From assembly GCA_034669905.1 (NCBI GenBank), contig JAXMOL010000049.1:1-56054 (forward strand): a DNA stretch of 56,054 bases, given 5' to 3'. A program made the position numbers and the translations under genes. Shown here piece after piece: positions 20,538 through 28,470 of the stretch. Positions within the stretch are counted from its first letter, which is position 1; each line of letters opens with the position of its first letter. The notes under the pieces are model-generated. The model saw only the letters and a program-made list of their open reading frames with translations, ran no database searches and was not told the origin of the DNA. This DNA is from Candidatus Hydrogenedentota bacterium. GTDB taxonomy: Bacteria; Hydrogenedentota; Hydrogenedentia; Hydrogenedentales; JAEUWI01.

Positions 20538-21850
20538 AGTCCCGCCAGGTTTTCCCGGGCGTCTTCCAGCGCGGGGGCCAGTTTCAATGCCCGTTCAAAG
20601 GAGTCGCGCGCGCGCGCGGTGTCTCCCAGGTGGTGGAGCACCACCCCCACATCGTTGTGAATCAGGGCGTCGTCCCCGTCCAGCGCCAGGGCCGCGACCA
20701 GGGTTTTTAATGCGGTCTGAACGTCGCCGGCCACATACTGTGCTTCGCCGGCCTGCCGCAGTTGATGGGCTTCGAGCCGTGTTTTCCCTTCTTCCAGATG
20801 GGGGGTGTTTTGCGTCAGTTCCTGTAATAGAGAGCGGGCCGCTTCCGCCTCGCCGCGGTAGTCATAAACGCGGGCCAGACACAGGGTGGCCAGGGGGGCG
20901 GGCGGTGCGTTAAGGATGACGTTCTGGAGCCGTCTCGTGGCTTCGTCCCAGTGGCCCTCATAGTGGGCGATTACACCCAGCACCACCTGCAGGTGATTCG
21001 GCAGGATTCCCGCCGCTTCAAAGGGAGTAAGGAGTGCCCGGGCGGCCTGCGCGTCTTCCCGTCCCAGATATATCGTGGCGAGTACGGTGGCCGTCTCCAC
21101 GTGCTGAGGGTGGATTGCCAGGGCTGCGCGGCAGGCTTCTTCGGCTTCTGCGACCTCGTTGCACGCCATGGCCTGTTCCGCCACATCGTAGAGACACTTG
21201 AGATCCTTGGGGTACTGTTTCCGTTTCTCCCGCGCCAGGGCCAGGTAAAGGCGGGCCTTCTGTTCCTTTCGCTCTGGCGAACATTCGTAGCCGTAGTGGT
21301 GAATGACGATGTCCGAGGGGCGGATGACGCCGCCCTGTTCCCGGACGCTCGCCGTGATGTTCTCGTGGACGGCTTCCCGGTATTCAAAACCCCGGTGATT
21401 GCGAAAGAGCCGCAGCAAGCCCACGGGAAGACACCCCGCGTAGCCTCGGGTGGCCGGGTCCCGGGAGTCGACGGGCGTCCAGCGCCAGGCATGGATGTCG
21501 TTGCAATAATTGGCCAGGAGGATTTCCACCGCGTCGGATGTGTCATCGTGGTCAACGATCTGACGCAGGGTTTCCGCGCCACGGGTGTCCAGAACTTCGT
21601 CGGCATCCATATGGAGCAACCAATCACCGTGGGCGGCCTGGATAGTCTGGTTGCGCGCTGCGGCGAAGTCGTTGGTCCAGGGAACCTCAATGACCCGGGC
21701 GCCGTGGGCCTGGGCGATAGCGACCGTATTGTCGTCGGACCCGGTGTCGCCCACGATGATTTCGTCAGCGATGGGGGCCACACTGCGGAGGCAGTCGGCC
21801 AGCACCTCGGCCTCGTTTTTTACAATCATGATGACGCTGAGGGCGGGCAT
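20534..21850 (-). CDS. Glycosyltransferase family 2 with C-terminal TPR repeats
   Basis: SVIMIVKNE, DTGSDD, FAAARN, MDADE, RLFRN, VHE and HYGY motifs; TPR-like helices in the C-terminal half. Confidence 0.92.
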   Translation of the reverse strand: MPALSVIMIVKNEAEVLADCLRSVAPIADEIIVGDTGSDDNTVAIAQAHGARVIEVPWTNDFAAARNQTIQAAHGDWLLHMDADEVLDTRGAETLRQIVDHDDTSDAVEILLANYCNDIHAWRWTPVDSRDPATRGYAGCLPVGLLRLFRNHRGFEYREAVHENITASVREQGGVIRPSDIVIHHYGYECSPERKEQKARLYLALAREKRKQYPKDLKCLYDVAEQAMACNEVAEAEEACRAALAIHPQHVETATVLATIYLGREDAQAARALLTPFEAAGILPNHLQVVLGVIAHYEGHWDEATRRLQNVILNAPPAPLATLCLARVYDYRGEAEAARSLLQELTQNTPHLEEGKTRLEAHQLRQAGEAQYVAGDVQTALKTLVAALALDGDDALIHNDVGVVLHHLGDTARARDSFERALKLAPALEDARENLAGL

Positions 21851-21862
21851 GGTGGCTTTCCG

Positions 21863-22564
21863 TCAGGTCGGTGAGGGTAAGTCGACGTTGCCTACCAGGG
21901 ACACGAAAACCTGGCTGGCGACCCGTTGTCCGAGGGCATGGGTGGCGTTCACGTCGGCGACGGCGACTTCTACATGGATGGGCCCGTCGAAGGGCGCCTT
22001 TTCGATGACGCGCAATGCCGCCTTGGGAATGATTCCCAGACTCGCTACGTAGCGGAGCACTTCCGGGTCATCGTCGCAGACCCGCCGTACGATGGCTTCC
22101 TGGCCGGGATTCAGGTGTACTAAATTGAGCAGGGCCTCGCCGACGGGCATGTCGCCCGATTTGGAGGGGATGGGGTCGCCGTGGGGGTCGAACTCGGGGT
22201 GGCCGAGCACTTCCGCCATACGATCGGCCAGGGTTTCGGACACCACGTGTTCGAGTCGTTCCGCTTCCTGATCGACCTGATCCCAACTCATTCCCAGGGC
22301 TTCCTGCAGAAAAAGCTCCACCAGGCGATGATGGCGGATGACTTCCAGGGCGATTTTTTCCCCATTGGCGGTGAGCTGGACGCCATGATGGCGGCGGTAC
22401 TCGACCAGACGGGGTTTCATATCGGCGAGTTTCTTGAGCATCTGGGTGACGGAGGCCGGTGCCACCCCCAATCGTTGGGCGATGGCCGATGTGCTCACCG
22501 GATTGGTGCCGTCTTTAATGGTGTAAATGGCCTTGAGATAGTCTTCAACGGCTTCGGAGAGCAT
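21863..22564 (-). CDS. DtxR/MntR family metal-dependent repressor with a FeoA domain
   Basis: EDYLKAIY, SVTQMLKKL, RHHRLVELFL, EAERLEH and DPHGDPIP motifs. Confidence 0.93.
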   Translation of the reverse strand: MLSEAVEDYLKAIYTIKDGTNPVSTSAIAQRLGVAPASVTQMLKKLADMKPRLVEYRRHHGVQLTANGEKIALEVIRHHRLVELFLQEALGMSWDQVDQEAERLEHVVSETLADRMAEVLGHPEFDPHGDPIPSKSGDMPVGEALLNLVHLNPGQEAIVRRVCDDDPEVLRYVASLGIIPKAALRVIEKAPFDGPIHVEVAVADVNATHALGQRVASQVFVSLVGNVDLPSPT

Positions 22565-22657
22565 ACGATCCTTTCGGGCCCGCACGGAGGGTCGCCTTAC
22601 GGCACATTGCCTGACCCCGTGTGTCTGCCCGTGGGGGCAGGGGGCCAACCTGGAGGG

Positions 22658-22678
22658 CGTTTAGGCACAGACTAAACG
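22658..22678. promoter_or_regulatory. Palindromic operator, likely the DtxR/MntR autoregulatory box
   Basis: CGTTTAG-N7-CTAAACG overlapping the -10 of a minus-strand TTGAAG-N17-TACGTT promoter (22675-22703). Confidence 0.65.
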
Positions 22679-22714
22679 TACACGAATCTGCAGGCCGCTT
22701 CAAGTTGAAGGCAC

Positions 22715-22745
22715 AAAAAAACACGTCCCACAAAGGGGACGTGTT
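22715..22745 (-). terminator. Rho-independent terminator after flgM
   Basis: Stem AACACGTCCC/GGGACGTGTT followed by a T-tract on the minus strand. Confidence 0.85.
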
Positions 22746-22776
22746 GGTAATTTCGGTAGACCTAATTGGTGGGGGC

Positions 22777-23094
22777 TTAGCCCAGATACTTCAGGAGTTT
22801 GTCTGCCACCTGACTCACCACGGCGGGATCCTTGTAGGAGCCCTGCTCAAGGCGTGCCCGAGCGGCTTCAACACGGTCTGCGCGAATGTCCGTCTGGGTA
22901 CTCGAAGCCTGTACCAACTGGGCAACTTCAACGGCTGCCTGGGCTTCGGAACTGATGATTACGTTGTCTTCTGATGACGACCCGCCAGAAGTACTGGACA
23001 CTTCGCGGGTATCTTGTTCCCGCTCGTTGCGTACTTTGGCCGGACCACCAGGTTTGGGGTCTGGTACGCCCCCAAGTCCTTGGATACCAACCAT
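22777..23094 (-). CDS. flgM: Anti-sigma-28 factor FlgM
   Basis: DNVIISSEA...DIRADRVEAARARLEQGSY...VADKLL pattern; perfect sigma-28 promoter upstream. Confidence 0.85.
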   Translation of the reverse strand: MVGIQGLGGVPDPKPGGPAKVRNEREQDTREVSSTSGGSSSEDNVIISSEAQAAVEVAQLVQASSTQTDIRADRVEAARARLEQGSYKDPAVVSQVADKLLKYLG

Positions 23095-23149
23095 GTTACA
23101 CGCTCCTCAGGCTTTGCCTGTGTTTACCTTTTCCAACTCTCTGCTATGT

Positions 23150-23176
23150 TTATCGGCCATAATACCTCAGACTTTA
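23150..23176 (-). promoter_or_regulatory. Sigma-28 (FliA) promoter of flgM
   Basis: Minus strand TAAA-N15-GCCGATAA, exact consensus. Confidence 0.9.
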
Positions 23177-23213
23177 GCGCTTTTCCAAAGTTTTTTCTGA
23201 GGCGCTTTGGAAT

Positions 23214-24389
23214 TCAGACGGGACCCAATGTGAATTCCCGGGGGAGATCTTCAATGGAGCCTGCCCAGGCGGCCTGATAGAGCGTCCGAACCTGCGCTTC
23301 GGTCAATGTCCCCTGCTGGTGCTTGAAACGGCCGGGCTCGGCCATGATCTGGGTGGCCATGGCGGCGGCGGCGGTCTCCGGTACGCCGTGGTCACGTGCG
23401 GCGGCTTCAAAGTGAATTAACCGATAAAAGTGATAAAGAGACTCGGTCAGGGCATAGCCCGCCTCCGAAGGGAGGGGGCGGCTACCGTGGCCCAGGGCTT
23501 CGGCCAGCCGCGTGACTTTCTCCGGCGCATGTTGGGCATTCCACCAGAAGAGGGGTGGGAGCAGGAGGGCGTTGGCCGCGCCATGGGCGATACCATGCTC
23601 CAGGGTGTAGTAGTAGCCCATGCCATGGACCAGAGTGGTGCCACTCTGGGCAATCACCATCCCACTGAGCATGGCGGCGAAGAGAAGCTGTTCCCGTGCT
23701 TCGTGCTGGTTGGGTTGCTCGAGGGCTACCGGCAGCCAGTGGCGGATACGGCGACAGGCATCCAGGGCCAGGATATCACCCGTCGGGGTGGACTGGGTTG
23801 AGAGCATGCCTTCCATCGCCTGACTGAGGGCGTCGAGTCCGGTGGCCACGGTGACTTCTCGCGGCATGGTCGTGCTAAGACGGGGTTCGAGCAGGGCCAG
23901 CCGGGGAAAGAGCTGGGGGGATTTCAACGTGCTTTTGCGGTTACGGGCATCGTCGACGAGGACCGCATAGGGGGTCACCTCGCTGCCCGTGCCTGCTGTG
24001 GTGGGAATGGCAATGATGGGTAGGGCATCTTTCCCATGTTCCGGGTCGAGGTAGGTACTGCAGGTACCCCCGTGGCGTGCCAGCAGGGACAGGGCCTTGG
24101 CCCCATCGATGACGCTGCCGCCGCCGAGGGCGACGAGGACGTCAATGTCTGCCTCGTGACAGCGCCCGGCATAGGCTTCGCAATCGGAGAAGCGGGGGTT
24201 TTCCGGAAAGCCATCGAGGACCAGGGCATCGGGCATGTAATGGAGTATGGCATCCAAGTGCCCATGAGCCCGTGCCGCCTGTTTACCGCAGAGGATAGCA
24301 GGGCGTTTTCCCCAGGTGCCCCAGGCTGCGAGCGCTTCCAGAGAACCTGCGCCACAGCGGACGTCGGTCGGCATGAGAAAGCGGTGCAT
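23214..24389 (-). CDS. Iron-containing alcohol dehydrogenase family protein
   Basis: LGGGSVIDGAK, PTTAGTGSEVT, DALSQ and H..G......GIAHG motifs. Confidence 0.92.
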   Translation of the reverse strand: MHRFLMPTDVRCGAGSLEALAAWGTWGKRPAILCGKQAARAHGHLDAILHYMPDALVLDGFPENPRFSDCEAYAGRCHEADIDVLVALGGGSVIDGAKALSLLARHGGTCSTYLDPEHGKDALPIIAIPTTAGTGSEVTPYAVLVDDARNRKSTLKSPQLFPRLALLEPRLSTTMPREVTVATGLDALSQAMEGMLSTQSTPTGDILALDACRRIRHWLPVALEQPNQHEAREQLLFAAMLSGMVIAQSGTTLVHGMGYYYTLEHGIAHGAANALLLPPLFWWNAQHAPEKVTRLAEALGHGSRPLPSEAGYALTESLYHFYRLIHFEAAARDHGVPETAAAAMATQIMAEPGRFKHQQGTLTEAQVRTLYQAAWAGSIEDLPREFTLGPV

Positions 24390-24437
24390 GATGGCGGGCT
24401 CCTATCGGTGTTTTCTTACCAATAGGATAGTCGTGAA

Positions 24438-25376
24438 TCAACACTCGCTGCAACTGGCGCCATACTGGAAGCAGGAGAAGCAGCGGTGATGGCGCAGCAT
24501 GACCCGTATGGCCATGGCGTCGGTGAGCGTACTCCCGAGGTCGTAATCGGGGTCATCGTCTACCAGCGTGCAGGCATAGACCCCCATGTGCCCGTTCCGC
24601 TTGACGATCATTTTGCTGAAGTTGCACATGAAATCATTGCGGGAAACTTCATTCTGATACTGGGTCATGCAGTTTTCTGTGATATGGGGCACGCCCGTCG
24701 GGTGGGAACTGGGGCCGAAAAAGTCGGGAAAGGCCACGAGATGGGTGTCTTCCGGGACGCCGACCCGTCGAAAATGGGCGCGAAAGGCGTCTTCGACGGC
24801 GTTGCGGTCTTCGTCTTTCTCCATATGACGCGCCACGGAAACGTGGAACCCTGCGTCGTGGAGGCGGGCCAGGGTTTCCAGGGCGCGCTCGAAGTTGCCT
24901 TCTCCGCGGCCCGCGTCGTGTTGGGCGGCATGGGGCACATCCAGGCTGATGCGAAAGCGAATGGGTTGGGCTGCCCCCCGGAGGGCCACGATCTGATCCC
25001 AGCGTTTGGTTACCGGCTTGGTGCCGTTGGTGAGCACCATGCAGGGGCGGTGGGCCAGCGCATATTCCAAAATGGCGAAAATGTCTTTGTTGATAAAGGG
25101 CTCACCGCCGGTCAACGAGAATTGTTCCACCCCCAGCGACAGGGCTTCGTCGATGAAGGGGGTCACGTCCCCCAGGCTTACCTGTTCGAGTCGGTGTTCG
25201 CCGGGCCCCGAGCCTTCGAGGCAAAAGGGACAGGCCAGGTTGCAGGCCGTTCCGGTGTGAAACCACAGTTCCCGCAACAGCTGCGGTCGGATATAGCCCC
25301 GGGGCGTACCTTCGGGGGTGGTGCGCCAATCAGTACTGTCATTGTGAAAGGGGACGGGTTGGGTGGCATGCGCCAT
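24438..25376 (-). CDS. Radical SAM protein of unknown substrate
   Basis: CNLACPFC (CxxxCxxC), TGGEPF, LTNG; Cys-rich C-terminus (CNFS..YACT..CFSC..SCSEC). Confidence 0.9.
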   Translation of the reverse strand: MAHATQPVPFHNDSTDWRTTPEGTPRGYIRPQLLRELWFHTGTACNLACPFCLEGSGPGEHRLEQVSLGDVTPFIDEALSLGVEQFSLTGGEPFINKDIFAILEYALAHRPCMVLTNGTKPVTKRWDQIVALRGAAQPIRFRISLDVPHAAQHDAGRGEGNFERALETLARLHDAGFHVSVARHMEKDEDRNAVEDAFRAHFRRVGVPEDTHLVAFPDFFGPSSHPTGVPHITENCMTQYQNEVSRNDFMCNFSKMIVKRNGHMGVYACTLVDDDPDYDLGSTLTDAMAIRVMLRHHRCFSCFQYGASCSEC

Positions 25377-25618
25377 GAAACTGATAACCTCGCAGAGCTG
25401 TTAGGGCAGGAAACATGTTGGTTGCCCAGTATAATTCACGAGCGACCCCATTGTGGAGTCACTTGTGTCATGGGCTCTCTGAGCGGGGGGCTACCATCTG
25501 AGCGTTTGCCTTCGAATCCTTCCGGCCCGGCGACCCTGGTTTGGCGTGCGCAATCGTCCGCCCGTTCGTAGACCATGTGATTCCGTTGTTACCGGCGGGA
25601 ATACCTCTCCCAAGTCGA

Positions 25619-26194
25619 TTATTCCGTCTTCACATTGACGAGGCCGAGGAGCAACTGGGTTCCCAGTGTAATAAGCATTCCAGGAATCTTCACCAGCAGC
25701 CAGCAGAAAATGACCAGTATCCCGAGGGCAATGAGCCAACTGTATTGTCCCATCTCGAGGCGATTCAGCACGTGATCGGCGAACTGAATGAAGTCGGGGC
25801 TGTCGTCCACCCGGGGCGTTGCTTTGGTCACCGGGGGTGTGGGGGCGATGGCTTCGGACGGATCGATGGCCGGGGTGGTTTCTTCCACGCCTTCGGAGCT
25901 ATCGGGGGCCGTCGGCACGGGAGTATCGACCACGGTGGCGGGAAGCGTCTCCGTGATTTCCGGTTGGGCCTGCGCTACAGCCTGCTGCCACGACGCAATG
26001 GTCTCCGCCGGATTCTCCACGATTCCGCGAAAGAGGCCAAAGAGTTGGATGGCCAGAATGACCCCATAGATGATGGCGAGCAAGGCCCCGCCACAGGCGA
26101 TGACGCGTATGGAAACAAGAACGCTGTCGAGCATGCTCTGGCCCGGCATTTCTTCCTGGTTTCCCGAATCGGTGTGCAATGGATGCGTGTCCAC
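25619..26194 (-). CDS. Hypothetical membrane protein with a Pro/Thr-rich linker
   Basis: Hydrophobic segments at both ends around a P/T/E-rich loop; GGGAGG RBS before GTG 26194. Confidence 0.7.
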   Translation of the reverse strand: MDTHPLHTDSGNQEEMPGQSMLDSVLVSIRVIACGGALLAIIYGVILAIQLFGLFRGIVENPAETIASWQQAVAQAQPEITETLPATVVDTPVPTAPDSSEGVEETTPAIDPSEAIAPTPPVTKATPRVDDSPDFIQFADHVLNRLEMGQYSWLIALGILVIFCWLLVKIPGMLITLGTQLLLGLVNVKTE

Positions 26195-26398
26195 GATGAA
26201 TCCTCCCATATTGCCGACGGATCGGCGCTCCTTGGTGATAGCCTACCACGACGGGCGGTGAATTATTCGATAGTTCCGGCACACCATTGGGGGTATGCAT
26301 CTTTAACATACTGGTAATAAAGAACTTTCCTCGCTCCTCTTTCTGAGGGTATACTACCGCTTCTAACCCCTTTAAAAACCTTGATCTGGAGAATTGTC

Positions 26399-27199
26399 AT
26401 GATGAAGATCTGTATGGCGGGCGCACTGGGCCGCATGGGTCGTCGAATCCTTGAGATGACCGTTTTGGCCGATGATGCGGCTATCGGGAGCGCCTTTGAC
26501 GCGCCCACCAACGCGGGCACCGTGTTGCAGGTGGGTGTCGAATCCGGTACGCCCCAGTCGGTTACCGTGGGGGGCGACGCCGCCGAGGCCGTTGCCCAGG
26601 CGGATGTGATGATCGATTTCACCTATGCCGGGGTCTGCCTCGATAATGTGCGTGCCGCCACGGCCGCCGGGATTCCTTCGGTTATCGGCACGACAGGCCT
26701 GAGCGAAGAGCAGATGGCCGAGCTGAAGGCCCTGTCTCAGCGACAGGCCATTGTCTACGCACCCAACATGAGCCGGGGCGTAAACCTCCTCTTTTATCTT
26801 ACGACGGTTGCGGCCGAAAAGCTGGGCCTGGACTATAACTGCGAAGTCCTCGAGATGCACCACAATCTGAAGAAAGATGCCCCCAGTGGCACGGCCGTGC
26901 GTCTGGCGGAGAACGCCGCCGCCGCCTTGGACCTGAGCTACAGCGACGACGTCGTCCATGGCCGCGAGGGCCTGATCGGCGAGCGTCCGGTGCGCGAGAT
27001 TGGTGTTCACTCCATGCGGGGCGGAGATGTAATCGGCGACCACACGGTATTCTTCGTGGGGCAGGGGGAGCGGATCGAGCTCAGTCACCGTTCCTCCACG
27101 CGGGACCACTATGCCAACGGCGCGCTGACGGCTTCTCGCTTTGCGCTCAAGGCCAAACCCGGTTTTTATGACATGCAAGATGTGTTGGGGCTTCGGTAG
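26399..27199 (+). CDS. dapB: 4-hydroxy-tetrahydrodipicolinate reductase
   Basis: GALGRMG, IDFT, IGTTG, EMHHNLKKDAPSGTA and RGGDVIGDH motifs. Confidence 0.97.
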   Translation: MMKICMAGALGRMGRRILEMTVLADDAAIGSAFDAPTNAGTVLQVGVESGTPQSVTVGGDAAEAVAQADVMIDFTYAGVCLDNVRAATAAGIPSVIGTTGLSEEQMAELKALSQRQAIVYAPNMSRGVNLLFYLTTVAAEKLGLDYNCEVLEMHHNLKKDAPSGTAVRLAENAAAALDLSYSDDVVHGREGLIGERPVREIGVHSMRGGDVIGDHTVFFVGQGERIELSHRSSTRDHYANGALTASRFALKAKPGFYDMQDVLGLR

Positions 27200-27242
27200 G
27201 GTCCGATGTTGCCCGCGCTTTCACCAGAGGGAGAATTCCTAT

Positions 27243-28142
27243 ATGAAACGCATACTTTTGTTAATAGCTGCCGTGGCCATGGGCACGCTCCATGCCTCCG
27301 CAGCGGATCAGTCCGTGCTCACCGGTGAGCGCCAATTACTTTGGCCGGGTGGCGCTCCCGGTGCCGTCGACAAAGGACAGGGGCATGAGCCTTCCCTGAC
27401 GATCTATCTGCCTGAAGCCGATAAGGCCACGGGCACGGCCATCGTGGTGTGTCCCGGTGGTGGGTACGGTGGCCTGGCCATCGATCATGAAGGCGAGCAA
27501 ATCGCCCAGTGGCTGATTAAGGAGGGCATCGCCGCCTTCGTGTTGCAGTATCGCCATGCGCCCCACTACGGCCATCCCATACCGCTTACGGATGCCCAGC
27601 GTGCGGTGCGCACGGTGCGCGCGGGTGCCGCCGACTGGGGGGTGAAAGGGGACCGTATTGGTATTCTCGGATTCTCGGCGGGCGGACACTTGTCCGCCAG
27701 CACCGGGATTTTGCATGAAGGTCCTCAGCCCGATGCGTCGGACCCCATTGATCGGGTGTCGGCCCGACCCGATTTCATGGTGTTGCTCTATCCGGTCATT
27801 ACCATGCAGGATGACTATACGCACAACGGCTCCCGCAAGAACCTCCTGGGCGCGGAGCCCGATCCGGCGTTGGTGGAACGCTATTCCCTGGAGCGTCAGG
27901 TGAATGAAAGCACGCCCCCGGCCTTCCTGGTCCACACGACCGACGATCAGGCCGTTCCCGTTGAGAACAATGTGCAGCTTTATCTGGCACTCCACCAGAA
28001 CAAGGTGCCCGTAGAAATGCACATCTACGAAAAGGGCCGTCATGGTCTGGGTTTGGGCGGGGGCGACGCGGCCTTTGCCACCTGGCCCGATCATTGCATT
28101 GACTGGCTTCGTGTTCGGGGCCTGTTGCCCGCTGCGAAATAA
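27243..28142 (+). CDS. Secreted alpha/beta hydrolase (acetyl/feruloyl esterase-like)
   Basis: Signal peptide; CPGGGY, GFSAGG (nucleophile), RPDF, D..VP and GRHG motifs. Confidence 0.9.
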   Translation: MKRILLLIAAVAMGTLHASAADQSVLTGERQLLWPGGAPGAVDKGQGHEPSLTIYLPEADKATGTAIVVCPGGGYGGLAIDHEGEQIAQWLIKEGIAAFVLQYRHAPHYGHPIPLTDAQRAVRTVRAGAADWGVKGDRIGILGFSAGGHLSASTGILHEGPQPDASDPIDRVSARPDFMVLLYPVITMQDDYTHNGSRKNLLGAEPDPALVERYSLERQVNESTPPAFLVHTTDDQAVPVENNVQLYLALHQNKVPVEMHIYEKGRHGLGLGGGDAAFATWPDHCIDWLRVRGLLPAAK

Positions 28143-28166
28143 GCGACTCTGAACAAGGTGAATGCG

Positions 28167-28214
28167 CGTGCCAGTTGGTCCCCTCTTCAGGGGGACCAAC
28201 CGGCACGTTTTTTT
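28167..28214 (+). terminator. Rho-independent terminator
   Basis: Long stem CGTGCCAGTTGGTCCCCT/GGGGGACCAACCGGCACG (imperfect) followed by T7. Confidence 0.85.
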
Positions 28215-28470
28215 GTTTTTTTGGGGGCTGGGCAATCCTATTCAGTTGCGCGACAAAGCGGCGTCATCGTCGTGCCGCGTGAATCGGGGTGCCAGACCGG
28301 GCGGGACCCCGGGGCGTTTTTTGCCTGAATGTGGACGCGTCACAACGCCATCGCCATCGTGTGGGTAATACGTTGGCTTGGGCCGCGCACGTCCATGGGG
28401 TATACTTCTCACACGTGCTGCCATGGCATGGTGTCATTGGGTTAAACGAAGCGTTGTGAGGGATAGTGCC

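Noticed and set aside
24420..24445. TGA after the Cys-rich end of the radical SAM gene as possible selenocysteine
   Set aside because: No convincing SECIS hairpin follows, and the next gene starts 48 nt later.
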